Shown: piece after piece, positions 19,279 through 29,245 of the stretch
Position numbering within the stretch: position 1 is the stretch's first letter
How the letters are laid out: every line of letters starts with the position of its first letter
Source of the DNA: Gemmatimonadales bacterium
Lineage (GTDB): Bacteria; Gemmatimonadota; Gemmatimonadetes; Gemmatimonadales; GWC2-71-9
Direction: 5' to 3'
Length of the DNA: 64,000 bases
Assembly: GCA_036279355.1 (NCBI GenBank)
Contig: DASUJH010000024.1
Coordinates: forward strand, 67,375 to 131,374
Made by a program: the position numbers and the translations under genes
The notes under the pieces: model-generated
What the model saw: the letters and a program-made list of their open reading frames with translations, nothing else
What the model was told of the DNA's origin: nothing
The model's database searches: none

Positions 19279-20243
19279 GGCTCCGGCACCGGTGCTGACG
19301 CGGCGGCGACGCGCACCGCGTCGAGGATGGCGGCGGCACCGTTGGCCAGCAACTCATCGGCGAGCGCGATGCCGAGGGCATCGGCCTCCTCCGGCGAATC
19401 GGCCGGGCCGACGCGCCGGCCACTCACCACCGCATCACCGGCGAGGGATGCGACCCGGCCGATGAGCTCGAGACGGTGGCCGCCATTTTCCGTCATGAAC
19501 CGCGCATGCGCCGCGACCGGCACCTGGCATCCGCCCTCCAGCCGCCGAAGCACCGCGCGCTCGGCGCCGGTTGCGAGCGCGGTCTCGCGGTCGTGGAAGG
19601 CTTCGCGCGCGGCCGCATGTGCACCCGCATCGTCACGCCGAACCGTCGCCGCGAGCGCACCCTGCCCGGGCGCCGGCAGCATCAACTCCAGCGGCAGCCG
19701 TTCGCTGATGCAGGCCTCGGCGCCCAATCGCGCGAGCCCCGCCACCGCGAGCACGATTGCCGCCCAGCGATCGCTCCGATCGAGCTTGGCGAGCCGGGTA
19801 TCCACGTTCCCCCGGATGTCGTCGATCGTGAGGTCGGGGCGCGCGGCCAGCAACTGCGCCCGGCGCCGCAGGCTGCTCGTCGCCACCACGGCGCCGTGCG
19901 GCAGCGAGTTCCACGGAATTCCGCCCCGCGAGACCAACGCATCGCGCGGATCCTCGCGGAGGCCGACGGCCGCGATCGCGATGCCTTCCGGAAGCGTCGT
20001 CGGCAGGTCCTTGAGCGAGTGGACGGCGAGATCGACGCGCCCCTCGAGCAGCGCGTCGTCGAGCTGGCGGGTGAACAGAGCGCGACTCCCGATGCGCGCG
20101 AGCGGCACGTCGCTCACTACGTCCCCGGTCGTGCGGATCTCGATCCGCTCGGTCGCGTGCCCCCGCGCGTCGAGGCAGGCGCGGACGCGCTCGGTCTGCC
20201 ACAGCGCGAGCGCGCTCCCGCGGGTTCCAATTCGGAGCGGCAT
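19275..20243 (-). CDS. hemC: Hydroxymethylbilane synthase (porphobilinogen deaminase)
   Basis: LRIGTRGSALALWQ, VHSLKDLPTTLP, ERAVLRRLEGGCQVPVAAHA. Confidence 0.96.
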   Translation of the reverse strand: MPLRIGTRGSALALWQTERVRACLDARGHATERIEIRTTGDVVSDVPLARIGSRALFTRQLDDALLEGRVDLAVHSLKDLPTTLPEGIAIAAVGLREDPRDALVSRGGIPWNSLPHGAVVATSSLRRRAQLLAARPDLTIDDIRGNVDTRLAKLDRSDRWAAIVLAVAGLARLGAEACISERLPLELMLPAPGQGALAATVRRDDAGAHAAAREAFHDRETALATGAERAVLRRLEGGCQVPVAAHARFMTENGGHRLELIGRVASLAGDAVVSGRRVGPADSPEEADALGIALADELLANGAAAILDAVRVAAASAPVPEP

Positions 20244-20337
20244 GGGACGAAAGGTAATACGCCTTCTTGCCGCGTTCCGCGGACTCGCGCTGGGATGATC
20301 GGGGGAACGAGCGCCTCCGGCAGCGTCGCCGCGGCGT

Positions 20338-21702
20338 CTACGGCGTCCGCATAGACGCGACGTCCGCCGCAACGCGCTCCGCCGCTCCGAGACCGGAGCG
20401 GAGCGCGTCACCGAACGAGACGCCGTGTCGATAGCTCCCGGCGAGGTGGAATCCCGGATTGGCGCGCTCAACCTCATCCATCATTGCAAGCAGACGGCCG
20501 TGGTCCCGGGTGTACTGCGGAATGCCCTGCGGCCAGCGCACATGATGAATGAATCCGGGCGGCGCCGTGATCCCGAGCAGCGCGCGCAACTCCGGCATAA
20601 GCAGGCGTTCGAGCGGCTCGGCCTCGAGCGCCGCAAGCCACGGCCGCTGCGCGCCACCGGCGAGAGCCGTCACCAGCACGTGCTCGGAGGGGGCGCGCCC
20701 CGGAAAGAGGGTGGACGAGAAGATGACGCCGAGCAGATCACGATCCGCCTTGGGCGTGACGAGCGCGCCGAAGCCATCCAGCGGATGCCCCACATCCTCG
20801 CGCCGGAAGCCGAGCGCGAGCACCGCGAGCGGTGCATGGGAGATCGCGGCGAGCTCGCGGAGCCGCGCGCCGCCCGGACACTCGACGTGCATCCGATCGA
20901 ACGCATGGGCCGGCGTCGCGGCCACCACCGCATCGTGCGCTACCTCGCCCGTGTCCGTCGCTACGCTCCAACCATCCGGCGTGCGCGCGATCGCGCGCAC
21001 CGGCAGGTGGAGATGCACACGGGCGCCGAGCGCGCCCGCAAGCGCGTCGGGAATTTCCTGCAGGCCGTCCGGCAGAGACCGCACCCGCACGCGGCCGCTG
21101 CGAACGCCGCTCCTCCCCTCCGGAGCGCGTGCGCCCGAGAGTCCGCGAAGCACCGAGCCGCGCTTCTGCTCGAGGGCCGCGAGCCGCGGGAACGCGTAGC
21201 GCATCGATAGTTGCTCGGGGTCGCCGGCGTACACGCCCGAGACGAGCACCGCCGCCAGGTCAACCGCCTCGGCCCCGAACCGCCGCCGCACGAAGGAGGC
21301 GACGCTTTCATCGGCAGCGGCACGGCGCACGAACGGCTCGCCCAGCAGGCGAAGCTTGGCGCGCAGGGAGAGGAGCGGCGTGATGGCCAGCCCAAGCGGC
21401 GACCGGGGAACCCGAGCGAGTCGCCGCCCGCGCACTACGTAGCGATGGCGGGCCGAGCGGCGGGCATGAATCCATCGCTTGCCGAGACCGACCTCGGCCA
21501 AGAGCTTCTCGACTTCGGGCGGCAGGTAGGTCAGAGCGTTGGGACCCCACTCGGCGAGCCACCCCCGCTGCCGTTCGGTCCGCACCACTCCACCGGTCCG
21601 CGCGCTCGCCTCGTAGACGGTGACGTCAACCCCAAGGCGCATGAGCCGGTACGCCGCCGCAAGGCCGGCGGCACCTGCACCGACGACGGCTACCGATGCC
21701 AC
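20338..21702 (-). CDS. hemG: Protoporphyrinogen oxidase (FAD, PPOX family)
   Basis: [43 protein letters not shown]. Confidence 0.9.
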   Translation of the reverse strand: MASVAVVGAGAAGLAAAYRLMRLGVDVTVYEASARTGGVVRTERQRGWLAEWGPNALTYLPPEVEKLLAEVGLGKRWIHARRSARHRYVVRGRRLARVPRSPLGLAITPLLSLRAKLRLLGEPFVRRAAADESVASFVRRRFGAEAVDLAAVLVSGVYAGDPEQLSMRYAFPRLAALEQKRGSVLRGLSGARAPEGRSGVRSGRVRVRSLPDGLQEIPDALAGALGARVHLHLPVRAIARTPDGWSVATDTGEVAHDAVVAATPAHAFDRMHVECPGGARLRELAAISHAPLAVLALGFRREDVGHPLDGFGALVTPKADRDLLGVIFSSTLFPGRAPSEHVLVTALAGGAQRPWLAALEAEPLERLLMPELRALLGITAPPGFIHHVRWPQGIPQYTRDHGRLLAMMDEVERANPGFHLAGSYRHGVSFGDALRSGLGAAERVAADVASMRTP

Positions 21703-22991
21703 ACGGACGCGTCGAACGCTGCGGCGAGCGCGGCCTCGACCGCCGCGAGATCGGCGTCGCCATGCGCCGCCGAGGAGAACGCAGCTTCGAACGGCGAGGG
21801 CGGCAGGTACACGCTGGACGCGAGCATGGCGTGAAAGAATCGGGCGTACGCCGCGCGGTCGGCGCGCTTCGCCTCGTCATAGTTCCGCACCCTCGCGGGC
21901 GCGAAGAACGGCGTGAACATCGTACCGGCTCGCTGCACGGTGAGTCCCGTGCCCGCGTCCCGAGCGGCCCTGCTCAGCGAGTCTGCGCAACGCGCCGCCC
22001 AGCGCTCCGCGGCATCCCAGACGCCGGGACGCGCCAGGATGTCGAGAGTAGTGAGCCCCGCGGCCATCGCCATCGGGTTGCCCGACAGCGTACCCGCCTG
22101 GTACATCGGGCCCGCCGGCGCCACGCGTAGCATGAGATCGCGCCGACCGCCGTACGCCGCCGCGGGCAGTCCACCGCCCACCACCTTGCCGAGAATCGTG
22201 AGATCCGGCCGCACGTCAAACAACGCCTGCGCGCCCCGCGGATGCACCCGCCAGCCGGTCATCACCTCATCGAACACGAGCAGCGCGCCGTGCCGCGTGC
22301 ACAGCTCCCGAAGTCCTTCGAGAAATCCGGGCTCTGGCGGCACCACGCCCATGTTACCCGCCACCGGCTCGACCAGCACCGCGGCGATCCCATCTGCTCG
22401 GGCACGGAAAAAGTCGGCGACCGCGTCAAGATCGTTGAACGGCGCCACCAGCGTATCGGCTACCGCCGCCGCCGTCACGCCGGGCGAGTCGGGCAGGCCG
22501 AGCGTCGCGACGCCCGATCCGGCCGCCGCGAGCAGCGCGTCAGCGTGGCCATGGTAACACCCGTCGAACTTAAGGATGGCTCGGCGCCCCGTCGCCGCCC
22601 GCGCGAGCCGCACCGCGCTCATCGCCGCCTCGGTGCCCGAGCTCACGAATCGCACCATCTCGACGGACGGAAACGTCTCGATCACGCGCTCCGCGAGCTG
22701 CAGCTCCGCTTCCGTCGGTGCGCCGAAGGTGGTGCCCCCGCGCGCCGCCTCGACCACGGCCGCGACGACGTCCGGATGCGCGTGGCCCAGGATGAGGGGC
22801 CCCCAGGAGAGCACCAGATCGACGTAGCGGTTGCCGTCCACGTCAACGACAACGGCGCCCTCGCCGCGCGCGATGAAGCGGGGCACACCGCCCACGCCCT
22901 TGAAGGCGCGGACGGGACTATTGACGCCGCCAGGCAGCAACTCGAGCGCCCGCGCAAAGAGCATGGCCGAGCGCTCGGTGCCGGCGCCCAT
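21690..22991 (-). CDS. hemL: Glutamate-1-semialdehyde 2,1-aminomutase
   Basis: [57 protein letters not shown]. Confidence 0.97.
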   Translation of the reverse strand: MGAGTERSAMLFARALELLPGGVNSPVRAFKGVGGVPRFIARGEGAVVVDVDGNRYVDLVLSWGPLILGHAHPDVVAAVVEAARGGTTFGAPTEAELQLAERVIETFPSVEMVRFVSSGTEAAMSAVRLARAATGRRAILKFDGCYHGHADALLAAAGSGVATLGLPDSPGVTAAAVADTLVAPFNDLDAVADFFRARADGIAAVLVEPVAGNMGVVPPEPGFLEGLRELCTRHGALLVFDEVMTGWRVHPRGAQALFDVRPDLTILGKVVGGGLPAAAYGGRRDLMLRVAPAGPMYQAGTLSGNPMAMAAGLTTLDILARPGVWDAAERWAARCADSLSRAARDAGTGLTVQRAGTMFTPFFAPARVRNYDEAKRADRAAYARFFHAMLASSVYLPPSPFEAAFSSAAHGDADLAAVEAALAAAFDASVWHR

Positions 22992-23005
22992 CACCCGGAC
23001 CTGGG

Positions 23006-23998
23006 TCATCCGCGGTCGGGCTCCGCGAGCCACGCCGCCGCGTCCGCCGCGTGATAGGTGATGATGGCGTCCGCCCCCGCGCGGCGCATACCGATGAGCG
23101 CCTCGAGCACAACGCGCCGCTCGTCTATCCAGCCGGCACGCGCCGCCGCCTTTACCATCGCGTACTCGCCGCTCACGTTGTAGGTCACGAGCGGCAGCGC
23201 CGTGCGTTCGCGGACCGCGCGGACCACGTCGAGGTAGGCGAGCGCCGGCTTCACCATCAGCATATCGGCCCCTTCGCCCTCGTCCAGCGCGGCTTCGACG
23301 AGCGCCTCGCGCAGATTGGCCGGATCCATCTGGTAGTGCCGCCGGTCGCCGAATGCCGGCGCGCTCTCAGCGGCCTCGCGGAATGGACCGTAGAACGCGC
23401 TCGCGTACTTCACCGCGTAGCTCAGAATTCCGCACTCCGCGTAGCCGGCGCCGTCCAATGCCGCGCGGATCGCGCGCACCATTCCGTCCATCATCCCGCT
23501 CGGCGCCACGAGGTCGGCACCGGCCGCGGCGTGACTCTTTGCCACGCGACCGAGCACCTCGAGCGTCGCGTCGTTGTCGACAACGCCGGCGCGGACGACC
23601 CCGCAGTGGCCATGGGTCGTGTACTCGCAGCAGCAGACATCCGTGACGAGCAGCAACTCCGGGCGCCGGGCCCGGATCCGCCGGAGCGCGCGCTGCACAA
23701 TGCCATCCGGGTCGAAGTTCTCCGTCCCGATCTCGTCCTTCGCCGCCGGAATGCCGAAGAGCAGCACCGCCCCGATGCCGAGGCGATGGAGCCGGTCCAC
23801 CTCCCGGTCGAGCACCGCGTCGACCGAGCGGTGATGCACGCCCGGCATCGAGGCCACCTCGCGCTCGATGGCGTCGCCATGCACCACGAAGAGCGGCGCG
23901 ATGAGATCGCCGGCGTCGAGCGCGTGCTCGCGCACGAGGCGCCGAATCGCGCTGCTGCGGCGCCGCCGCCGGGGACGGTTGTCGGGAAAAACGCTCAT
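23006..23998 (-). CDS. hemB: Delta-aminolevulinic acid dehydratase (porphobilinogen synthase)
   Basis: [14 protein letters not shown] zinc-type site, [25 protein letters not shown]. Confidence 0.97.
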   Translation of the reverse strand: MSVFPDNRPRRRRRSSAIRRLVREHALDAGDLIAPLFVVHGDAIEREVASMPGVHHRSVDAVLDREVDRLHRLGIGAVLLFGIPAAKDEIGTENFDPDGIVQRALRRIRARRPELLLVTDVCCCEYTTHGHCGVVRAGVVDNDATLEVLGRVAKSHAAAGADLVAPSGMMDGMVRAIRAALDGAGYAECGILSYAVKYASAFYGPFREAAESAPAFGDRRHYQMDPANLREALVEAALDEGEGADMLMVKPALAYLDVVRAVRERTALPLVTYNVSGEYAMVKAAARAGWIDERRVVLEALIGMRRAGADAIITYHAADAAAWLAEPDRG

Positions 23999-24239
23999 GG
24001 CCGGGACCCCCGCGCGGGCACCGGTGCGTATGCCCCTTGCGTATCAAGGGGAATAACCGCGGCCTCCGCGCGATCTCCACGCAAAATACACGTCGCTCTC
24101 GCGGGGTGCACGGCAACCGCGGGTTGGCCCGTGTTCCGGGTCACGATCGTCTCAGCCGGGCTGTCACCGGGGTTTCCGACGGTCGGTCACCGACAGCCTT
24201 GATCCGCCGCAACATGTTTGCTTGGGGAGGATGCGGACC

Positions 24240-25712
24240 ATGGATCGCACGTCACGCATATTCACGCTCGCTGCACTGGTGACTCTCGGTGCGTGCGCCG
24301 CACCTGCACCGCGCCCCGCGCGCATCGCTCCGCGCGAGGCTGAACCGGCCATCGCCATCGTGAACGCGACGCTCTGGGACGGCACCGGCCGCGGGCCCGT
24401 GCCGAATGCGGTGACGCTCGTCCGCGGCGATCGAATCCTCTGCGCCGGCGCCGCCGCCGAATGCGTCGCGCCCCGCGACGCCCGCATCATCGACGCGCAC
24501 GGCGGCTGGCTCATCCCGGGCCTCATCGATACCCACGTGCACCTGCTTTTCCTCGAGCGCGGCAGCGCCGGCGAGGAGTTGGCCGCCGATCTCAAGGATC
24601 TGCTCGCCCAGGGCATCACGAGCGTGCGCGACATGGGGACGAATCCGGCCGAGCTGCTCTCGCGAACGCACGCGCTCTCCGCCGCGCCGCGGGTGTATGC
24701 CATGCAACTCGTCGCGGGTCTCCGCTTCTTCTACGAGCGGGACCAAGTGCAGCTCCCCGACGGCAGTGTGGCGCTGCGGATGCCGCAGGCGCAGGCGATG
24801 GAAGCGCGGGGCTGGTCGCCGATGATGTTCACGCACGGCGACAACGCCGATTCCCTTGTCGCGGAAGCCCGGAAGACCGGAGCCATCGGGCTCAAGCTCT
24901 ACGCGTACTTCGACTCCGCCACGGCGCGCGCGCTGGTCGACGCGGCGCACCGCGCCGGGATATCCGCATGGGGCCACGCGTGGGTGCAGCCAGCGAATCC
25001 CGGCGAGCTCGTACGCGCGGGCGAGGACGGCATCGTCCACGCGTCGCTGCTCGTCGGCGACCTGCTCTCCGGTGTGGCGCGCGACAGGCTGCTCGCGTCG
25101 AGCGCCATTCTCACCACTGGCGCGAGCCTCGAAACGCCTGAGGCCGCGCACGATCCGCGGATCGGCGCCACTCTCGACACCATGGCGCGGCGGGGCACCT
25201 TCCTCGAGCCCACGCTCGATGTGACGCTCCGGAGCCAGGCGCACTTCGACGGTGTGGTCGGGACCTCGCCCTCGCTGCCGGCTGAGTTTGCCCATGCATC
25301 GGTCGGCTTCAGCATGGCCGTGACCCGCGAGGCCGTGCGGCGGGGCGTGCGCATCACCGCCGGCACCGACCACGTGGCGTATGGTCCCGCGCGCGATCGC
25401 GCCTCGCTTGTAAGCGAGCTCAGGCTGCTGGTGGACTCGATCGGCCTCTCGCCGGCGGCCGCCCTCACCGCTGCCACGCGCGACGCCGCCCGCGCCATCG
25501 GCGGCGAACCGGCGCGAACCCTCGGAACCATCGAGGCCGGACGCTATGCCGACCTGGTCCTCCTCGACCGAAACCCGCTAGCTGACATCCGCAACGTCGA
25601 GTCGGTCGAATGGGTCATGCAGGGCGGCATGCTGTGGCATCCGTGGCAGCTTCGGAGCGGCATCGCCTCGGCCGAGCCGCCAGCCACCTCCGGCGCGCCC
25701 GGCGGCGACTGA
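24240..25712 (+). CDS. Amidohydrolase-family lipoprotein
   Basis: Lipobox LVTLGAC; GGWLIPGLIDTHVHL; AGTDHVAYG; GTIEAGRYADLVLLDRNPL. Confidence 0.9.
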   Translation: MDRTSRIFTLAALVTLGACAAPAPRPARIAPREAEPAIAIVNATLWDGTGRGPVPNAVTLVRGDRILCAGAAAECVAPRDARIIDAHGGWLIPGLIDTHVHLLFLERGSAGEELAADLKDLLAQGITSVRDMGTNPAELLSRTHALSAAPRVYAMQLVAGLRFFYERDQVQLPDGSVALRMPQAQAMEARGWSPMMFTHGDNADSLVAEARKTGAIGLKLYAYFDSATARALVDAAHRAGISAWGHAWVQPANPGELVRAGEDGIVHASLLVGDLLSGVARDRLLASSAILTTGASLETPEAAHDPRIGATLDTMARRGTFLEPTLDVTLRSQAHFDGVVGTSPSLPAEFAHASVGFSMAVTREAVRRGVRITAGTDHVAYGPARDRASLVSELRLLVDSIGLSPAAALTAATRDAARAIGGEPARTLGTIEAGRYADLVLLDRNPLADIRNVESVEWVMQGGMLWHPWQLRSGIASAEPPATSGAPGGD

Positions 25713-25753
25713 CCCCCGCGCGCCGGCAGGATCGCACCCCGCAGCCGGCGCGT

Positions 25754-26809
25754 TCACCCGGACCGCAGGTCTTCCCCCCACTGTGGTCGAGCGGAGTGGC
25801 GAGGTGACCTCGCTGCGGCGTAGCGACCGCTCCGGGCCGCGCTCGCCAGCCCCGCCACGACCGGCAGGTCCTCCCGTTCCGCCCACTGCGTCCATGCCCC
25901 GGTGTACACCCGCACCCGCGCGTACCCGAGCAGATCGTGCAGGGCGAAGTAGACGTGGGTGGCTTCCGTCATGCTGTTGCAGTAGACGATGATGTCTTTG
26001 TCGGGCGTAATCCCCTGGGCCTCGTAGCTTGCCCTGAGCGCCGCCGGCTGTTTCCAGACGTGGCCGAACCCCACCTGCTCCAGATCGTCACTCCAGAAGT
26101 GGTTGATGGCGCCCGGAATGTGTCCCCGGCGAAGCTGCGCCCCCGCGAGGCCGGCATATTGTTGCGGATTCCGCGCGTCCACCAGCACCGACGAGCCGGT
26201 TTCGACCGCGCGCCGCACGTCCGCGAGGCCCGCAGCGGACGGGCGGAAGCTGCCACCGGGCGGCGTTGACGGGACGATCTTCGGATAGTGCTGTGCGAGC
26301 GGCCGCTGCTCGAGCTGCCACTTCGAGTAGCCGCCGTCGAGCAGGTATACCCGCGGATATCCCCACCCCTGCAGCAGCCATGCGAGGAACGTCGCATCGA
26401 TGTTGTGCGACTCGCCCGCGGAATAGATCACCACCGGCCGGTCCCGGCGAACGCCGAGTCGGCTGAAGAGATCGGCGTACCAGCTCGCCGGCATGAGCTG
26501 CATCGGCACGCCGTGATCCGATGCGCGCAGCGTTTCGGTATTCAGGTATTCGGCGCCGGGGATGTGATCCTTGAGATAATCGAACGGATCGGTGCGCACG
26601 TCGATCAGGAGAACATCACCGCGCTTCTGCCAGTCGGCGAGCTGGCCGGTGGTCACGAGCCGGGGCAGCGCGGAGGTATCTGCGGCCATGGCCGGCGCCG
26701 GAGCTGCACGTCGGCCGCTCGAACCGGCGCCGGCTCCGGCGCAGCCGAGGCAAAGACTCAGGACCAGCGCGGCCCGCATGCGGCTGCGGACAAGCAAGCA
26801 CGGCGTCAT
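25754..26809 (-). CDS. Thiosulfate sulfurtransferase (two rhodanese domains), likely exported
   Basis: VLLIDVRTDPFDYLKDHIPGAEYL, VLVDARNPQQYAG, IIVYCNSMTEATH active-site loop; N-terminal signal/lipobox LCLGCAG. Confidence 0.88.
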   Translation of the reverse strand: MTPCLLVRSRMRAALVLSLCLGCAGAGAGSSGRRAAPAPAMAADTSALPRLVTTGQLADWQKRGDVLLIDVRTDPFDYLKDHIPGAEYLNTETLRASDHGVPMQLMPASWYADLFSRLGVRRDRPVVIYSAGESHNIDATFLAWLLQGWGYPRVYLLDGGYSKWQLEQRPLAQHYPKIVPSTPPGGSFRPSAAGLADVRRAVETGSSVLVDARNPQQYAGLAGAQLRRGHIPGAINHFWSDDLEQVGFGHVWKQPAALRASYEAQGITPDKDIIVYCNSMTEATHVYFALHDLLGYARVRVYTGAWTQWAEREDLPVVAGLASAARSGRYAAARSPRHSARPQWGEDLRSG

Positions 26810-27861
26810 TGCGCCGTATCCGGTCCGAGTCCCATAACGTCCTTTTCCATTTCCAGGTAGACCCGCACGGCGTTGCGCCGCCGGCGGGAGTTGACCGACA
26901 CCGGACGGGTTTCGTCCGGCGGCGGCAGCGCCGCAAGCGCGCGTTGCATCGGCACGTTCTGCTCGACCGCCTTCCGCATCTCGGCGCGGAGGCCCGTGAT
27001 GTAGGCCCGCGTTTTCTCGATGAGCGTCAAAGGATTCGCCGGAATGGCGCCGTGACCCGGCACCGACACCTTCGGGTCGAGCGAGTCGATCGTAGCGAGC
27101 GCCTGGAGCAATGCGGGCGAGCTGCCGTCGACAATCATCGTGATCCCGTCTTCGATCAGGACGTCGCCCGCGAACAGCACGCGCGCCGCCGGCAGCCAGA
27201 CCATCAGGTCGCCGGCGGTATGCGGCGCGCCGGGGTGCATGATGACGAACGTCTTGCCGCCTAGCTCAAGCGTGTCGGTGCCCGTCACGGGGACGTCGGG
27301 TTTGTCGGCGTATGCAAAGCCGCGCATCGCGTCCCGCCCCGCCACCCGGGTCCAATCCTTCTCCAGCGCGTCGAAGCCGCCGGCCGAGGCGAGCGTCCGC
27401 CGGTCGGGATGCGCGATCACCTTCGCGCCCGCCCGGCGAAACACGATCGCGCCGAACATGTGATCCGGGTGGTGGTGGGTGAGAACGAGCCATCGGATCG
27501 GCTGCCGGGTGACCGATTGGATGGTTCTGAGCAGCGTTCGCCCGTCACGCGGACTTCCTTCGGCATCGATCACGACGACACCGTCATCGGTGACCATGAA
27601 TCCCGCGTTCGGCCGCCCCTCCGAACCGCGTCCAGTGTCACCGATGACCGCGTACACGCCCGGTGCAAGTGCCCGAATCGGAAATACGGCCGCCGATGCG
27701 GCGCGCGACGGCACGGCACCCAGCAAATCGGCGCCCCAGGCGACGGGCACCGCGCAGAGCGCGAGGAGGACTGCGACAACCGTGGGGCCGTACCGGGTCA
27801 GGCGGAGGTGAACGCGATGTTGACGGACTGCTTGAACACGCCCCCCTTGTTGTCCTTCCAT
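26806..27861 (-). CDS. MBL-fold metallohydrolase, SoxH/quinoprotein-relay-like, exported
   Basis: GFMVTDDGVVVIDAEGSPRDG, LTHHHPDHMFGA (HxHxDH), HTAGDLMVWLP. Start uncertain because the N-terminus overlaps soxZ. Confidence 0.8.
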   Translation of the reverse strand: MEGQQGGRVQAVRQHRVHLRLTRYGPTVVAVLLALCAVPVAWGADLLGAVPSRAASAAVFPIRALAPGVYAVIGDTGRGSEGRPNAGFMVTDDGVVVIDAEGSPRDGRTLLRTIQSVTRQPIRWLVLTHHHPDHMFGAIVFRRAGAKVIAHPDRRTLASAGGFDALEKDWTRVAGRDAMRGFAYADKPDVPVTGTDTLELGGKTFVIMHPGAPHTAGDLMVWLPAARVLFAGDVLIEDGITMIVDGSSPALLQALATIDSLDPKVSVPGHGAIPANPLTLIEKTRAYITGLRAEMRKAVEQNVPMQRALAALPPPDETRPVSVNSRRRRNAVRVYLEMEKDVMGLGPDTAQ

Positions 27862-28139
27862 GTCATGGCGAGCGGTGCTTCCCGGTCTGCCTTGACCGTG
27901 AAGCTGACGAGGGGATCGCGGCTGATTCCCGAGGTCCACTCGAAGTGGGCAATCTCCTCACCACCGTACTCCACGTGCACCTCGTTGATGAAGTACGCGG
28001 GAATCGGGTCGCCATCCTTGGTGCGGAAGAACCCCGTGTCCATCGGGTGACTCACGATGGCGTTCACGATGATCACGTCGCCCTTCGTGATACGGTCGGG
28101 CACGCGGATCCGGGCCTGTCCGATGTCATGGCGCATCAT
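27798..28139 (-). CDS. soxZ: SoxZ-like sulfur carrier partner
   Basis: MMRHDIGQARIRVPDRITKGDVIIVNAIVSHPMDTGFFRTKDG...YFINEVHVEYGGEEIAHFEWTSGISRDPLVSF. Confidence 0.85.
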   Translation of the reverse strand: MMRHDIGQARIRVPDRITKGDVIIVNAIVSHPMDTGFFRTKDGDPIPAYFINEVHVEYGGEEIAHFEWTSGISRDPLVSFTVKADREAPLAMTWKDNKGGVFKQSVNIAFTSA

Positions 28140-28690
28140 CCGCAGCCGTTCAACGTGACGAGTACGTGGGCATAGTCCGCCCAGAGCTCGCCCGTATTGG
28201 TTTCGAGGATGGCCCGCACCCAAGTGGTGCGCTTCATCTTGATGCGGGTCGACAGGGATACCCGCCCGACCACGGGCGTCAGATAGAAGGCCGCGAGGTC
28301 CGGATCAGGGTTGTGATCGACAATCAGGTGCACGCCCTTTACATACCGCTCGGGCATCATCGGGATGTCGCTTTCGATGATCACCGGCACTACGCGTCCG
28401 TCCTCGGCCACCGCCGGCATGTCGAGCTGCACATGCGCCCGGGTGATCGGCCGGTTGCCAAAGCGTTCCCGGAAGATGCGGGCGACTTCGTCGTTGGGAA
28501 TTTCAGGCGTACCGGGGCCCAGCGGCGCACGCGCGGCCGCAAAGAGCCGGCCGGGATCCGTCAGCGCATTCGAGCCGGCGATCGCAAGCGCCCCGAGCAC
28601 GGCGCGCTGGAGGAACGCACGGCGCGGCAGAGGGGTTGGCGCCGGCCCAAATGGATCATGGTCCGGCGGCGGAGTGGTGCTCGCCGACAT
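28136..28690 (-). CDS. soxY: SoxY-like sulfur carrier protein with Tat/Sec leader
   Basis: Leader with PRRAFLQRAVLGALAIAG; C-terminus ...YAHVLVTLNGCG-stop with terminal Cys arm; adjacent to soxZ. Confidence 0.82.
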   Translation of the reverse strand: MSASTTPPPDHDPFGPAPTPLPRRAFLQRAVLGALAIAGSNALTDPGRLFAAARAPLGPGTPEIPNDEVARIFRERFGNRPITRAHVQLDMPAVAEDGRVVPVIIESDIPMMPERYVKGVHLIVDHNPDPDLAAFYLTPVVGRVSLSTRIKMKRTTWVRAILETNTGELWADYAHVLVTLNGCG

Positions 28691-28709
28691 GGTTGTATAC
28701 TCCACGCTT

Positions 28710-28719
28710 CCCCATGGGG
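28710..28719. promoter_or_regulatory. Palindrome CCCCATGGGG in soxY/arsR divergent intergenic region
   Basis: Read directly. Confidence 0.3.
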
Positions 28720-28729
28720 TGTCAAGCTG

Positions 28730-29077
28730 ATGGCCCGGCGTCTCTTGAGCCAGGAATACATCACCACCGCCGCGCGTCTGCTCGGGATATTGAGTCACGA
28801 AACCCGGCTCAATCTGGTGCTCGCCCTGGCCCAGGGCGAAGCCAGCGTCACCGAGCTTTGCGAGCACCTCTCGCTCTCACAGAGCAACGCCAGCCACCAC
28901 CTATCGATCCTCCGGAATACGGGCCTCGTGTGCGATGCGCGCGATGGCCAGTTCGTGATCTATCGCCTGAACCTCGACGCATGGCGCGCCCTCGGGGATG
29001 GGTTCTTCGACCAACTGCTCGGCGGTCTCGACGGCGTCAGGCTGCAGCACTTTAGCATCCGTAGAATCTCGGAATGA
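28730..29077 (+). CDS. ArsR-family transcriptional regulator
   Basis: LLGILSHETRLNLVLALAQGEASVTELCEHLSLSQSNASHHLSILRNTGLV. Confidence 0.9.
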   Translation: MARRLLSQEYITTAARLLGILSHETRLNLVLALAQGEASVTELCEHLSLSQSNASHHLSILRNTGLVCDARDGQFVIYRLNLDAWRALGDGFFDQLLGGLDGVRLQHFSIRRISE

Positions 29078-29245
29078 CGATCAACGACCCGGCCCGACAC
29101 TTGCCACCTTTTGCACCGGCTTGCCTGCCGCGGCCCCCGAACCCCTTGGCCGAGCGCTTGTGGCAGTTCCTATCGCATGGTAGCTTAACTCGTTCAGCCA
29201 CAAAGTATTCTGGGGCTCCGTCACCCCGATTCGAGCCGAGGCACC

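Noticed and set aside
19099-20298. 399-aa plus-strand ORF
   Set aside because: Antisense to hemC/hemD; no domain signature.
24159-24198. GGCTGTC ... GACAGCC inverted repeat between hemB and the amidohydrolase gene
   Set aside because: Only 7 bp with an imperfect interior in a GC-rich divergent promoter; insufficient to claim a riboswitch or operator.
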